Source: an uncultured Gammaproteobacteria bacterium
Lineage (GTDB): Bacteria; Pseudomonadota; Gammaproteobacteria; Burkholderiales; Burkholderiaceae_C
Reading direction: 5' to 3'
Assembly: GCA_947085645.1 (NCBI GenBank)
Contig: CAMTXG010000020.1
Coordinates: 79,443-143,442, forward strand
Length of the DNA: 64,000 nucleotides
The notes beneath the pieces were generated by a model. That model had not been told where the DNA came from. It saw only the letters and a program-made list of their open reading frames with translations, and searched no databases. How positions within the stretch are numbered: position 1 is the stretch's first letter; each line of letters starts with the position of its first letter. The translations under genes and the position numbers were made by a program. Shown piece by piece: positions 50,992 to 61,121 of this stretch.

Positions 50992-51462
50992 TCAAGTCGG
51001 CGCGAATTTTGCACCGCCCACTGTGGTGGCGGCACCAAATTGCGCGGGGTTGTGCGCTGGAGGTGCCATCGCCAGTGTGGTGGGCGCAGCGCAGGCGTCG
51101 GGCGCCATGGGCACGGCCAGCGTGTCGCAGGTGTGCAGTTCGGCTTCCAGCGCGGCCAGTTGTGTGTCCAGCGCTGACAGGCGCGCCAGCTCCTGCGCCA
51201 CGGCGGCCCGCCGTCCGGCCACCAGTTGGGCCATGCGCTCCCAGCCCGCAGCGGTGTCGATGTGGGGCAGGCCGTCCAGCTCCGACAGCCGAAAGCCCAG
51301 CGCCTGGGCCTGGCGGATCAGCAACACGCGCGCCACATCGGCCTCGCCATAGTTGCGGTAGCTGCCCGCGCGCGCCACCGTGCCCAGCAGGCCCCGGGCT
51401 TCGTACAGCCGGATGGCCTTGGGCGTGGTGCCGGTGCGTTGGGCGAGTTCTCCGATGCGCAT
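50992..51462 (-). CDS. MerR-family transcriptional regulator
   Basis: MRIGELAQRTG...IRLYEARGLL...YRNY. Confidence 0.92.
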   Translation of the reverse strand: MRIGELAQRTGTTPKAIRLYEARGLLGTVARAGSYRNYGEADVARVLLIRQAQALGFRLSELDGLPHIDTAAGWERMAQLVAGRRAAVAQELARLSALDTQLAALEAELHTCDTLAVPMAPDACAAPTTLAMAPPAHNPAQFGAATTVGGAKFAPT

Positions 51463-51484
51463 GGGGGTCCTGTAAAGAGAGAAA

Positions 51485-51548
51485 GACTATCAAATTAATA
51501 GCTACTAGCGCTTATCCATCAAGCGCTAGAGGCCAATTTGACTCATAT
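51485..51548. repeat. Repeat family A, copy 10
   Basis: gactatcaaattaatagctactagcgcttatccatcaagcgctagaggccaatttgactca. Confidence 0.9.
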
Positions 51549-51651
51549 TTTTGATGCGTGAGACTGGGTTGAGGCGTGTCAAGGGCGGCTGGCCTGGATG
51601 CTGCACGATAAGCTGCTGCGCTCTGATTCCACCTTCTGCCCCTGCCCCGCC

Positions 51652-52473
51652 ATGCCCCAGTTTGCCGCCAACCTGAGCCTGATGTACACCGAGCTGCCGT
51701 TTCTGGACCGCTTTGCCGCTGCGGCGCGCGACCGGTTCACGGCGGTGGAGTTTCAGTTTCCCTATGCCTTTGAGCCCGCTGACATCGCCGCGCGGCTCAC
51801 GGACAACGGCCTGCAGCTGGTGCTGTTCAACGCCCCGCCCAGCGGCACCGACCGCTCCAGCATGGCCAGCGCTTGGGAGCGGCAGGCGCGCGGCACGGCG
51901 GCGCAGCCGGGACGCGAGGCCGAGTTCCGCGCGGGGGTGCTGGAGGCGCTGAGCTATGCCGACGCGCTGGGCTGCCCGCGCATCCATGTGCTGTCGGGCA
52001 TGGTGCCGCAGGGAGTTGAGCGCGAATCTCTCAAAGACCTGTGCGTGAGCAACCTGCGGTGGGCGGCTACCGAAGCCGCCCGCGCTGGGCGCGACATCCT
52101 CATTGAGCCCATCAACCTGCGCGACATGCCGCGCTACTTTCTGAACCGGCAGGACCATGCGCATGAGTTGCTTGATGCCGTGCAGGCGCCCAACCTCAAG
52201 GTACAGATGGACCTGTACCACTGCCAGATCGTGGAAGGCGACGTGGCCACCAAGCTGCAACGCTACCTGCCCACGGGCCGCGTGGCGCACATCCAGATCG
52301 CGGGCGTACCGGGCCGGCACGAGCCCGACCAGGGCGAGCTGAACTACCCGTTTCTGTTCGACACCATCGACGCGCTGGGCTACACCGGCTGGGTGGGCTG
52401 CGAGTACAAGCCTGCGGCAGGCACCACAGCGGGGCTGGGCTGGCGTGAAAAGACTTTGGCGGTGCGCAGGTGA
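51652..52473 (+). CDS. Hydroxypyruvate isomerase-family protein (Hyi/OtnI)
   Basis: FAANLSLMY, IEPIN, DLYHCQ, HIQIAGVPGRHEPD, GCEY. Confidence 0.9.
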   Translation: MPQFAANLSLMYTELPFLDRFAAAARDRFTAVEFQFPYAFEPADIAARLTDNGLQLVLFNAPPSGTDRSSMASAWERQARGTAAQPGREAEFRAGVLEALSYADALGCPRIHVLSGMVPQGVERESLKDLCVSNLRWAATEAARAGRDILIEPINLRDMPRYFLNRQDHAHELLDAVQAPNLKVQMDLYHCQIVEGDVATKLQRYLPTGRVAHIQIAGVPGRHEPDQGELNYPFLFDTIDALGYTGWVGCEYKPAAGTTAGLGWREKTLAVRR

Positions 52474-52647
52474 TTTGCTAGAAGGTTTTGGAGGGCTGTT
52501 CCAGTACGCGCGAATGCGTAAGGGAATGCGTGAATAAATGTAACAAGTTTCTGGCCGTAGAGTGAACAAGAGCGTTCTCACGCATTCGAGACACTTTTCT
52601 TAGACCGGCTCAGCCGGCTTTTGCATTCATTCCAGGAGACATTCCCC

Positions 52648-54681
52648 ATGGCCGCACCCCTTGCCAACAACCGTTCAGTCGCGCGGCAGGTCACGCTCAC
52701 CGCCATTGCGCTGGTGGCGTTGGTGCTGGTGCTGGTGGGGCTGGCCATTGCTGTGCTGACCGAGCGCAGCACCCGCGCGCAGGTCACCGCCAGCGTGGGC
52801 GACACAGTGCAAAGCGTGGCCCAGTCGCTGGACGCGGCCGACAACACCAACCGCGAACTGGTGCAGCTCACCATGCGCGGGTTTCAGCGCCATTTTGAAG
52901 CCACCTTGCAGCTCGATGAAGCCTCTGGCGAGCTGCGCAGCTACGGCGCGCTGGTGAACGAGGACTACGGCTCGGTCGACAGGTTCGCCAGCGAGACCGG
53001 CGGCATCGCCACCGTGTTCGCCAAAAAGGGTGACGACTTTGTGCGCGTGACCACCTCGGTCAAAAACGAGCAAGGCGAGCGCCAGCAAGGCACTCTGCTG
53101 GGCAAAGACGACCCAGCCTATGCCACTGTGTCCAAGGGCGAGACCTACACCGGGGTGACTGTGGCGGGCGGCAAGCCCTACATGGGCCACTACCTGCCTG
53201 CCAAGGATGCATCCGGCAAGGTGATTGCGCTGCTGTTCGTTGGTAACGACATCAGCGTGTTCCACGCCATGCTGCAAAAGCAGGTGGCACAGACCCAATT
53301 TTTTGAGCGCGGCGGCACGTACGTGGTTAACCCCGGACCCTCGTTGGACAAGGCCGTTTTTGTGTACCACCCCACCGCGCGCGGCAAGCGCGTGCTGGAC
53401 GTCTACCCGCAGGCCCGCCCGTTTTTTGAAGCCCTGGCCGCATCGCCCGACGGCTTTGTGCGCGAGGCCGCGCCCGTGCTGGGTGCCGGTGCAGAGGACC
53501 CCTGGGCACTGGTGCGCAAGACCAGCGGCGGCTGGTGGGTGGTGGCCGAGGTGCCCGACAGCGAAGCCATGGCCAGCCAGCGCCGCGTGACGATGGCCGT
53601 CTGGGGTTTGATGGCCGTGGCAGTGGTGCTGCTGGCGATGGGCCTATTCCTCATGCTGCGCCGCAGCGTCAGCCGCCCTCTGCAGGACCTGACCCAGGCC
53701 ATCACCCTGGTGGCGCAGGGCGACCTCACCGAAGAATTTCACACCACGCGGCGCGACGAGATTGGCGCGCTGGTGCAGGAGGTCGAAGGCATGCGCCAGC
53801 GCTACACGCAGATGCTGCAGCAGGTGCGCACGGCGGTGGACAGCATCACCACCGCCAGCGCCGAGATCGCCAGCGGCAACCAGGACCTGTCGGCCCGCAC
53901 CGAGGCCACGGCCAGCAGCCTGGCGCAGACCGCGCAGAGCATGGACCAGCTTACCGCCACCGTGCGCCAGTCGGCCGACGCCGCGCGCCAGGCCAACCAG
54001 CTGGCCAGCACTGCGGCTGAAGTCGCCGCACGCGGCGGTAAGGTGGTGGGGGAGGTGGTCACCACCATGGGCGACATCAACCAAAGCTCACGCAAGATCG
54101 CCGACATCATCGGCGTGATCGACTCCATTGCGTTCCAGACCAACATCCTGGCCCTGAACGCCGCGGTCGAGGCCGCTCGCGCGGGTGAACAGGGCCGGGG
54201 GTTTGCCGTGGTGGCCAGCGAGGTCCGCAGTCTGGCAGGGCGCAGCGCCGAGGCCGCGCGTGAGATCAAGGCGCTTATTGGTGCATCGGTGGAGCGGGTC
54301 GAATCCGGCGCGCGCCTGGTGCAGAACGCGGGCACCACCATGGAAGAAATCGTGGGGTCCGTCCAACGCGTGGGCGACATCATTGGCGAGATCACGGCGG
54401 CATCGAACGAGCAGTCCGACGGCATTGGCCAGGTCAACACCGCAGTCAACCAGCTCGACCAGATGACGCAGCAGAACGCGGCGCTGGTGGAGGAATCGGC
54501 CGCTGCAGCCCAGAGCCTGCGCGAGCAGGCCACGCGCCTGACCGGGGCGGTGCAGGTGTTCAAGCTGTCGCCTGGCGATGGCAGTGGTGGGCACCTGCAG
54601 TTAGCCGCTTCGACCGCATCGGCCGCGCCGTCGTTGCATGCCCCCGGCAGCGGCGCCCGCGTGCCTGCGCAACAGGAGTAG
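52648..54681 (+). CDS. Methyl-accepting chemotaxis protein (Cache-HAMP-MA)
   Basis: Two TM segments, [38 protein letters not shown]. Confidence 0.95.
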   Translation: MAAPLANNRSVARQVTLTAIALVALVLVLVGLAIAVLTERSTRAQVTASVGDTVQSVAQSLDAADNTNRELVQLTMRGFQRHFEATLQLDEASGELRSYGALVNEDYGSVDRFASETGGIATVFAKKGDDFVRVTTSVKNEQGERQQGTLLGKDDPAYATVSKGETYTGVTVAGGKPYMGHYLPAKDASGKVIALLFVGNDISVFHAMLQKQVAQTQFFERGGTYVVNPGPSLDKAVFVYHPTARGKRVLDVYPQARPFFEALAASPDGFVREAAPVLGAGAEDPWALVRKTSGGWWVVAEVPDSEAMASQRRVTMAVWGLMAVAVVLLAMGLFLMLRRSVSRPLQDLTQAITLVAQGDLTEEFHTTRRDEIGALVQEVEGMRQRYTQMLQQVRTAVDSITTASAEIASGNQDLSARTEATASSLAQTAQSMDQLTATVRQSADAARQANQLASTAAEVAARGGKVVGEVVTTMGDINQSSRKIADIIGVIDSIAFQTNILALNAAVEAARAGEQGRGFAVVASEVRSLAGRSAEAAREIKALIGASVERVESGARLVQNAGTTMEEIVGSVQRVGDIIGEITAASNEQSDGIGQVNTAVNQLDQMTQQNAALVEESAAAAQSLREQATRLTGAVQVFKLSPGDGSGGHLQLAASTASAAPSLHAPGSGARVPAQQE

Positions 54682-54795
54682 CGGCCCGCCCCCTTTCGGA
54701 CCCTGGCGGCGATGGACATCCATTGGTTTGCAGCAACAGGGCGTTGGTTTATGCTGACCTGAAACCGCGTCCACCCTCCGCACATCTTTGCATCC

Positions 54796-56022
54796 ATGGC
54801 TGCCCACGTCCCCACCATGCTGGCAATGATCATTGTCAGCTCGCTCATGATGGCGGCCTCCATGGCCGTGGTGGGCTGGGGTCGGCGGCGCGATGGCCTG
54901 GGGCACTGGGCGGCGGCCCTGCTGATCAACGCCGCAGGGCATGTGCTGCTCATGCTGCGAGGCCAAGTGCCGGATGTGCTGTCCATGGTGGTGGGCAACG
55001 CGCTGCTGTCCGGCGTGCTGGTGGCGATGATTGCAGCGATCTACCAGTTTCATGGCCGCCCCATCCGATGGGGGCTGCTGCTGGCACCCACGGCGCTGGT
55101 TTTGGTAAGCGTTGTCATGTTGATGGACAACTTCCCCGCACGGGTCGGTCTGGTGGGAATGACCATCGGGCTGCAATCGTTGTGGGCGCTGGCCGCGGTG
55201 CTGCAGCGGCGCCATGACACCGTGGGCCGGGGGCACTGGCTGCTCGGGGCGGGTTTGGCGCTGGAGGCTTTGGTGCTGGTTGGCCGCTCGGTGCTGGCCT
55301 TGGGCTTGCCGCACACCGAGCTCAATATTCTGCGCAGCAGCGGTATGCAGACCCTCACGTTCCTCGCTACTTTCTCTGTGGTGCTGGTCAGCTCCATGGG
55401 GTTCGTGTTCATGTCGCGCGACCGGGCCGACGAGAACAACCGTGTGATGGCCGCGCTGGACCCACTCACCGGCGTGGCCAACCGCCGCTCGCTGATCGCT
55501 TCGCTCGACCGCGACGTGGCGCGGGCCATGCGCACCCGCGAATCCATTGCGCTGATGATGGTGGACATCGACCACTTCAAGCACGTGAACGACCAGTACG
55601 GCCACCCCGTGGGCGACCAGGTGCTGTGCAGCGTGGTCAATGTGCTGCGCCAGCGCGTGCGCGCGCAGGATCTGGTGGGACGCTATGGGGGCGAAGAGTT
55701 CATGGTGCTGCTGCCCGATACTGGACTGTTGGGCGCCGAGCAGCTGGCCCGCGAGCTGTGCAAGGCGGTCGAGGTGTCGCGCTGCAGGGTGGACGGCGTG
55801 GAAGGCGACGGGATCGCTGTCACCGTGAGCATTGGCGTCTTTGGCGGGCGCCTGGAGTCGGGCGACAGTTGGGACATGCTGATCGCCGCGGCCGACCGCG
55901 CCCTGTACCAGGCCAAGGAAAACGGCCGCAACCGGGTCGAGGTGGCCACGGTGCTTCGCCGCCCCAGCGCGCACGCGGGGGCCGATGCCAATCCCGAGAC
56001 CCAGCCAGCGTCTTCCTATTGA
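54796..56022 (+). CDS. Membrane diguanylate cyclase
   Basis: Multi-TM N-terminus; DPLTG, RAQD I-site, GGEEF. Confidence 0.92.
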   Translation: MAAHVPTMLAMIIVSSLMMAASMAVVGWGRRRDGLGHWAAALLINAAGHVLLMLRGQVPDVLSMVVGNALLSGVLVAMIAAIYQFHGRPIRWGLLLAPTALVLVSVVMLMDNFPARVGLVGMTIGLQSLWALAAVLQRRHDTVGRGHWLLGAGLALEALVLVGRSVLALGLPHTELNILRSSGMQTLTFLATFSVVLVSSMGFVFMSRDRADENNRVMAALDPLTGVANRRSLIASLDRDVARAMRTRESIALMMVDIDHFKHVNDQYGHPVGDQVLCSVVNVLRQRVRAQDLVGRYGGEEFMVLLPDTGLLGAEQLARELCKAVEVSRCRVDGVEGDGIAVTVSIGVFGGRLESGDSWDMLIAAADRALYQAKENGRNRVEVATVLRRPSAHAGADANPETQPASSY

Positions 56023-56091
56023 TTCGTGGCGCGCGGGCGGGTGTTGTGTTGGAATGCTGGTTTTGATTCCACCGTATCCAGGAGAGCCGCC

Positions 56092-57582
56092 ATGAACGCC
56101 CGTGTCCCCCCCCAAGTCCTGCAACCCGCACTGGCCCTGGAACGGGTGAGCCAGGCGTGGGACAGCGACATCGTTCGCCAGCTCACCGACTACATCGCCA
56201 TTCCTGCCAAATCCCCCATGTTTGCGGCCGACTGGGCCGAGCTGGGCCTGCTGGACACCGTGGTGCGCAATGCCGCCGCCTGGGTCGAAGCGCAGAAGGT
56301 AGAAGGCCTGAAGCTCGAAATCGTGCGCATCGAAGGCCGCACCCCCGTGTTGTTCTTTGAGATCGACTCCACCCAGCCTGGCGCCACCGACACCGTGCTG
56401 ATGTACGGCCACCTGGACAAACAACCTGAATTCAGTGGCTGGCGCAACGACCTGGGCCCCTGGACCCCCAAATACGAAGATGGCAAGCTCTATGGTCGTG
56501 GCGGCGCCGATGATGGTTATGCCGTGTACGCCAGCATCGCCGCCGTGCAGGAACTGAAGCGCCAGAACGTGCCCCACCCGCGCATCGTCGGCCTGATCGA
56601 AACCTGCGAAGAAAGCGGCTCGCGCGACCTGCTGCCCTACATCGACGCCCTGAAGCCCCGCATGGGCAACGTGGCGCTGGTGGTGTGTCTGGATTCCGGC
56701 GCGGGCAACTACGACCAGCTGTGGCTCACCACCAGCCTGCGCGGCATGGCCAGCGGCACGCTCAAGGTCGAGATCCTCACCGAGGGCATTCACAGCGGCG
56801 ACGCCTCGGGCCTGGTGCCATCCTCGTTCCGCATCATGCGGCAGGTGCTCGACCGGCTGGAAGACAGCGCCACCGGCCGCCTGCTGCCCGCCAGCTTTCA
56901 CTGCGAAGTGCCCGCCGACCGCGTGGCCCAGGCCCGCGCCACGGCCGCCATCCTGGGCGAAGAGGTGTACCGCCGCTTCCCTTGGGCGCACTACGACTGC
57001 GGCGGCTCCACCACCTTCGCGCTGCCCACCACCACCGACCCGCTGCAGGCCCTGCTCAAGCGCACCTGGGAGCCCACACTCAGCGTGACCGGCGCCGAAG
57101 GCTTCCCGGCGCTGCAGGACGCCGGCAACGTGCTGCGCCCCTACACCGCGTTCAAGCTCAGCCTGCGCCTGCCCCCGCTGGTCGATGCAGCCCAGGCAGT
57201 GCAGCAGCTCAAGTCGCTGCTCGAAGACAACGCGCCCTACCAGGCCAAGGTCACCTTCCAAAGTGGCGGCGGCGCCACCGGCTGGAATGCCCCGGCCACC
57301 ACGCCGTGGTTTGAAAATGCCCTGAACGAAGCCTCGCAGGCGCACTTTGGCGCACCCTGCGGCTACATCGGCCAGGGCGGCACCATTCCGCTCATGAACA
57401 TGCTCAGTGAAGGCTTCCCCACCGCGCAGATGATGGTCTGCGGGGTACTCGGCCCCAAGAGCAACGCGCACGGCCCCAACGAGTTTTTGCATGTGCCCTA
57501 TGCCAAGCGCCTCACGGCCTCTGTGGCCCACGTGATCGCATCCATGGCCCAGCATGCTGTGGCGCCTGCCGAGGTGGTCTGA
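56092..57582 (+). CDS. M20/M25/M40 metallopeptidase
   Basis: YGHLDKQP, GRGGADDGY, EESGS, NAHGPNE. Confidence 0.92.
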   Translation: MNARVPPQVLQPALALERVSQAWDSDIVRQLTDYIAIPAKSPMFAADWAELGLLDTVVRNAAAWVEAQKVEGLKLEIVRIEGRTPVLFFEIDSTQPGATDTVLMYGHLDKQPEFSGWRNDLGPWTPKYEDGKLYGRGGADDGYAVYASIAAVQELKRQNVPHPRIVGLIETCEESGSRDLLPYIDALKPRMGNVALVVCLDSGAGNYDQLWLTTSLRGMASGTLKVEILTEGIHSGDASGLVPSSFRIMRQVLDRLEDSATGRLLPASFHCEVPADRVAQARATAAILGEEVYRRFPWAHYDCGGSTTFALPTTTDPLQALLKRTWEPTLSVTGAEGFPALQDAGNVLRPYTAFKLSLRLPPLVDAAQAVQQLKSLLEDNAPYQAKVTFQSGGGATGWNAPATTPWFENALNEASQAHFGAPCGYIGQGGTIPLMNMLSEGFPTAQMMVCGVLGPKSNAHGPNEFLHVPYAKRLTASVAHVIASMAQHAVAPAEVV

Positions 57583-57631
57583 TCTGCCAGGCCGTCCGTT
57601 TCATCGACCCTTTGAGCAGGCCCTGACGACC

Positions 57632-58168
57632 ATGGAAAAACGCGCATTTCTGCAGGCCTGTGCCGCCACCACGCTGGCGGCAGCGGTACACCCGCTGGTC
57701 CACGCCCAGGCGACTGCGGCAACGGCGGGGGCGGCAGCTCCTGGCCCACGCCACACCCTGTCGGGTACCAGCAGCGAGGGCAAGCCCGTCATGCTGACGG
57801 ACTTTGCGGGCAAGGTGTGCCTGGTGAGCTTCTTCACCGCAGGCTGCGCCCTGTGCACCAACGAGCTGCGGTTGATGCGCGAGTTCTATACCAACAACCG
57901 CCAGCGTGACTTTGTGCTGCTGGGCGTGAACATGGATGAAAAGAGCGCCGACTTCATGCAGTACATCGAACTGCTCAAAGTGTCGGTGCCTGCCGAGCAG
58001 CGCTTTCCCATCGCCTGGCGCAACGCTGCCGGGCACCAGGACAGCTTTGGCCCCATCACCCGCCGCCCCACGCACTACGTTCTCAACCGCCAGCACCAGC
58101 AGGTGCTGCGCCGCGAGGGCAACTTTCAGCCGACCGACTGGGACGACCTCTGGGCATCCATCGTCTGA
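57632..58168 (+). CDS. Exported TlpA/thioredoxin-like protein
   Basis: KRAFL Tat-like leader; FFTAGCALC CxxC motif. Confidence 0.78.
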   Translation: MEKRAFLQACAATTLAAAVHPLVHAQATAATAGAAAPGPRHTLSGTSSEGKPVMLTDFAGKVCLVSFFTAGCALCTNELRLMREFYTNNRQRDFVLLGVNMDEKSADFMQYIELLKVSVPAEQRFPIAWRNAAGHQDSFGPITRRPTHYVLNRQHQQVLRREGNFQPTDWDDLWASIV

Positions 58169-58291
58169 TGCCACGTGTGCCCACATGGCCGCGCCCCTCC
58201 ACTGCCAGGGTGGTGCCGTGCTCCCCCTGCATGGCCCCCACCTTTTTGTTCTGCGCTGATCGAGCGATGACGCTTGACCGCACCGTCCGCC

Positions 58292-59164
58292 ATGACCTCT
58301 GACGACATCCTCCCTTCGACACTGACCACCTTCACCGCCAGCGACGGCGAGAACCTGGCCGTGCAGGACTGGCCCCTGCCTGACGGCGAGCCCCAGCGCG
58401 GCACCGTGCTGCTGGTGCATGGCCTGGGCGAACATGTGGGCCGGTACGACGCACTGGCGCGCAGGCTGAATGACTGGGGTTTTGCCGTGCGGGGCTATGA
58501 CCAGTACGGCCATGGAGAGTCGGGCGGGCCGCGCGGCGGGCTCACGTCGGACCTGCGGCTGCTCGACGACCTGGCTGATCTGGTGGACGCCACCCGCGCG
58601 CGCATTCCTGCAGGCCAGCCGCTGGTGCTGCTGGGCCATAGCATGGGCGGCCTGGTGGCTTCGCGCTTTGTGTCGCTGAAGATGCGGCCCGTGGATGCGC
58701 TGGTGCTGTCCTCTCCCGCGCTCGACGCGGGCCTGGGCGCGGTGCAAAAACTGCTGCTGGCCACCTTGCCGCGCATTGCGCCCAACCTGCGCGTGAGCAA
58801 CGGGCTCGATGCGCAGTACCTCTCCCACAATCCCGCCGTGGTCGCCGCCTACCTGGCCGACCCGCTGTGCCACGACCGCATCAGCGCCCGCCTGGCCCGT
58901 TTCATCGCCGACGGCGGCCCCGCCACCGTGGCCCGCGCCGCGCACTGGAGCGTGCCCACCCTGCTGATGTGGGCGGGCAGCGACAGGCTGGTCCACCCCA
59001 CCGGCAGCAGCGCCTTTGCAGCCGCTGCGCCCAGGGCGGTGGTGCATTCACATTGTTTCGAGCCGCTGTACCACGAGCTGTTCAACGAAAGCCCCGAACT
59101 GGCGGCGCCAGTGTTCACCCTGCTGCAGCACTGGCTGGTGCGGCGCTGCCCGGTAGTGGCGTAG
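58292..59164 (+). CDS. Alpha/beta hydrolase (lysophospholipase/monoglyceride lipase type)
   Basis: VHGLGEH, GHSMGG, YHELFNE. Confidence 0.9.
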   Translation: MTSDDILPSTLTTFTASDGENLAVQDWPLPDGEPQRGTVLLVHGLGEHVGRYDALARRLNDWGFAVRGYDQYGHGESGGPRGGLTSDLRLLDDLADLVDATRARIPAGQPLVLLGHSMGGLVASRFVSLKMRPVDALVLSSPALDAGLGAVQKLLLATLPRIAPNLRVSNGLDAQYLSHNPAVVAAYLADPLCHDRISARLARFIADGGPATVARAAHWSVPTLLMWAGSDRLVHPTGSSAFAAAAPRAVVHSHCFEPLYHELFNESPELAAPVFTLLQHWLVRRCPVVA

Positions 59165-59182
59165 GTGTAGCCATACACAATT

Positions 59183-59243
59183 CCAAGCCAAAATGGCCTC
59201 TAGCGCTTGTCCATCAAGCGCTGGCAGCTATCATTTTTTAAGC
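59183..59243. repeat. Repeat family A, copy 11 (supplies the stop of the YidB-like gene)
   Basis: caagccaaaatggcctctagcgcttgtccatcaagcgctggcagctatcattttttaagc. Confidence 0.88.
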
Positions 59244-59713
59244 AACCCACCCAGCATTCCGAATAGGTCGCTGGAGGTGCCAAACCCGCCCTGCGGCGCC
59301 TCGCCGCGCGGGCTGAGCTGGTCGATCAGGCCCGGCAGCACCTGGGCCAGCTGGCCCGCTGCGGCGCCAGGGCCCACGCCCAGTTGCGACGCAATCTGCG
59401 ACAACGGGCCGCTGCCCAGCACCTTGGACAGCTGCTCGCCCGAGATCGCCTGGTTGGGCCCCGCGCTGAGCCACGACGCAATCACATTGCCCAGCCCCGC
59501 CTGCTGAAACTTGGCCATCAGGCCGGGCAATCCACCCACCGGGCCGTCATTGCTGATGAGGGACATCACGGCCTGCACCAGTTGCGGGTTCTGTGCGGCC
59601 ATGCTGATCAGGCCGCCCAGGCCGCCCCCAGCCCCACCTGCGGCAGCGGCGCCGTTGCCGCCTTGCGACGCGTTGTTGATGACGGCACCCAGAACGGAAT
59701 CGAGCAAACCCAT
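59231..59713 (-). CDS. YidB (DUF937)-family protein
   Basis: MGLLDSVLG...GGLPGLMAKFQQAGLG...SW...LPGLIDQLSPRG. Confidence 0.85.
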   Translation of the reverse strand: MGLLDSVLGAVINNASQGGNGAAAAGGAGGGLGGLISMAAQNPQLVQAVMSLISNDGPVGGLPGLMAKFQQAGLGNVIASWLSAGPNQAISGEQLSKVLGSGPLSQIASQLGVGPGAAAGQLAQVLPGLIDQLSPRGEAPQGGFGTSSDLFGMLGGLLKK

Positions 59714-59875
59714 GGTGTTCTCCTGCAGAGGAATCAAAGACAGCCGCAGAGCGGCTGCGCCATCACGCATGGTACGCAGGCAACCGGTAGCCGCTGTGTC
59801 AACAATCGTGAATTCTTCTACCGCAGAGCCTGAAGCAATAGGCTAGGCGCTGCCGCTTCGTTGTCATGCGCCGGT

Positions 59876-61048
59876 TCAAACGCGCCTGCGCTGCCAACCC
59901 AGCCACGCCAGCGCCAGCCCGGTCACCACAATGGGCACCAGCGAGCCCGCGTTCAGCAGCGTCCAGCCCTGGGTGGTGACCAGCACGCCGGACGAAAACG
60001 CGCTCAGCGCCAGCGTGGCGTACACGCAGAAGTTGATGGCCGCCTGGGCGCGGTCTTTCTCCTCGGGGCGGTAGGCCGTCATGGCCAGGGCGGTGCCGCC
60101 GGTGAACAGAAAATTCCAGCCCACACCCAGCAAAAACAACGCAATCCCGAAGTGGTGCAGCTCAATGCCCGACAGCGCCACCGCCACGCAGGCAAAGTTC
60201 AGCACCACGCCCACGCCCATCACGGGCAGCACGCCAAAACGCTTGATCAGGTGGCCGGTGAAAAAGCCGGGCGCAAACATGCCGATCACGTGCCATTCCA
60301 GCACCAGGGCCGACGCGTCAAAGTCGAAGCCACACACCTGCATGGCCAGCGGCGTGGCGGCCATCAGCAGGTTCATCACGCCGTAGCCCAGTGCCGCGCC
60401 CAGGATGGCGACCACCATGGTGGGCTGGCGCAGCAGCACGGCCAGCGGGCGGCCCTGCTCGCGTTGCCCGGCGGCGTTTAGCACCACGGGTTGCACCTCG
60501 AAGCGGATGGCCGCCATGCACACCATGGCCAGCAGCGCCACGCCCATCAGCGCGATGTAGGCGCCCGCAAACGGCACCGGGAACAGCGTGCGCGTGGCGC
60601 TGGCCAGGTTGGGGCCCGCCACCGCGCCCAGCAGGCCACCCGCCAGCACCAGTGACATGGCCTTTTCGCGGTAGTCAGGCGCGGCCAGTTCGGCGGCGGC
60701 AAAGCGGTACAGCCCGCCGTTGGCGCTGTAATAGCCCGCCACCACGGTGGCAGTGCACAGCAGCCAGAAGTTGGCGCTGAACGCGGCCCAGGCACACAGC
60801 GCGGCCGACGCCACAGCCACGGCCAGGCCGATCTGGAACGACACCTTGCGCCCCCAGCGCATCTGCGTTTTGGCCACCAGCGGCGTGGACAGCGCGCCGC
60901 CCACCACATAGCCCATCACCGGCAGCGTGGCCATCCAGCCAAAGGGCGCCAGCTGCAGCCCCACCAGGCCGTTGATGGCGATGAAGACGACGTTGTTGGT
61001 CAGAAACAGGCCTTGGCACAGGGCCAGCAACCACAGGTTTTTGTTCAT
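59876..61048 (-). CDS. MFS transporter
   Basis: About 12 hydrophobic segments; YRFAAAE, HVIGMFAPGFFTG. Confidence 0.9.
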   Translation of the reverse strand: MNKNLWLLALCQGLFLTNNVVFIAINGLVGLQLAPFGWMATLPVMGYVVGGALSTPLVAKTQMRWGRKVSFQIGLAVAVASAALCAWAAFSANFWLLCTATVVAGYYSANGGLYRFAAAELAAPDYREKAMSLVLAGGLLGAVAGPNLASATRTLFPVPFAGAYIALMGVALLAMVCMAAIRFEVQPVVLNAAGQREQGRPLAVLLRQPTMVVAILGAALGYGVMNLLMAATPLAMQVCGFDFDASALVLEWHVIGMFAPGFFTGHLIKRFGVLPVMGVGVVLNFACVAVALSGIELHHFGIALFLLGVGWNFLFTGGTALAMTAYRPEEKDRAQAAINFCVYATLALSAFSSGVLVTTQGWTLLNAGSLVPIVVTGLALAWLGWQRRRV

Positions 61049-61121
61049 GAAAGGCGACGGCTGTGCAAGGTGAGGAACTCAGGGACATCAACGCTGGCCT
61101 TTGCGGCCAGCGCTCAGGGGA

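Noticed and set aside
52512-52587. Three GAATGCGT copies upstream of the MCP gene
   Set aside because: They are short and irregularly spaced; a regulator site is possible but cannot be supported without comparative data.
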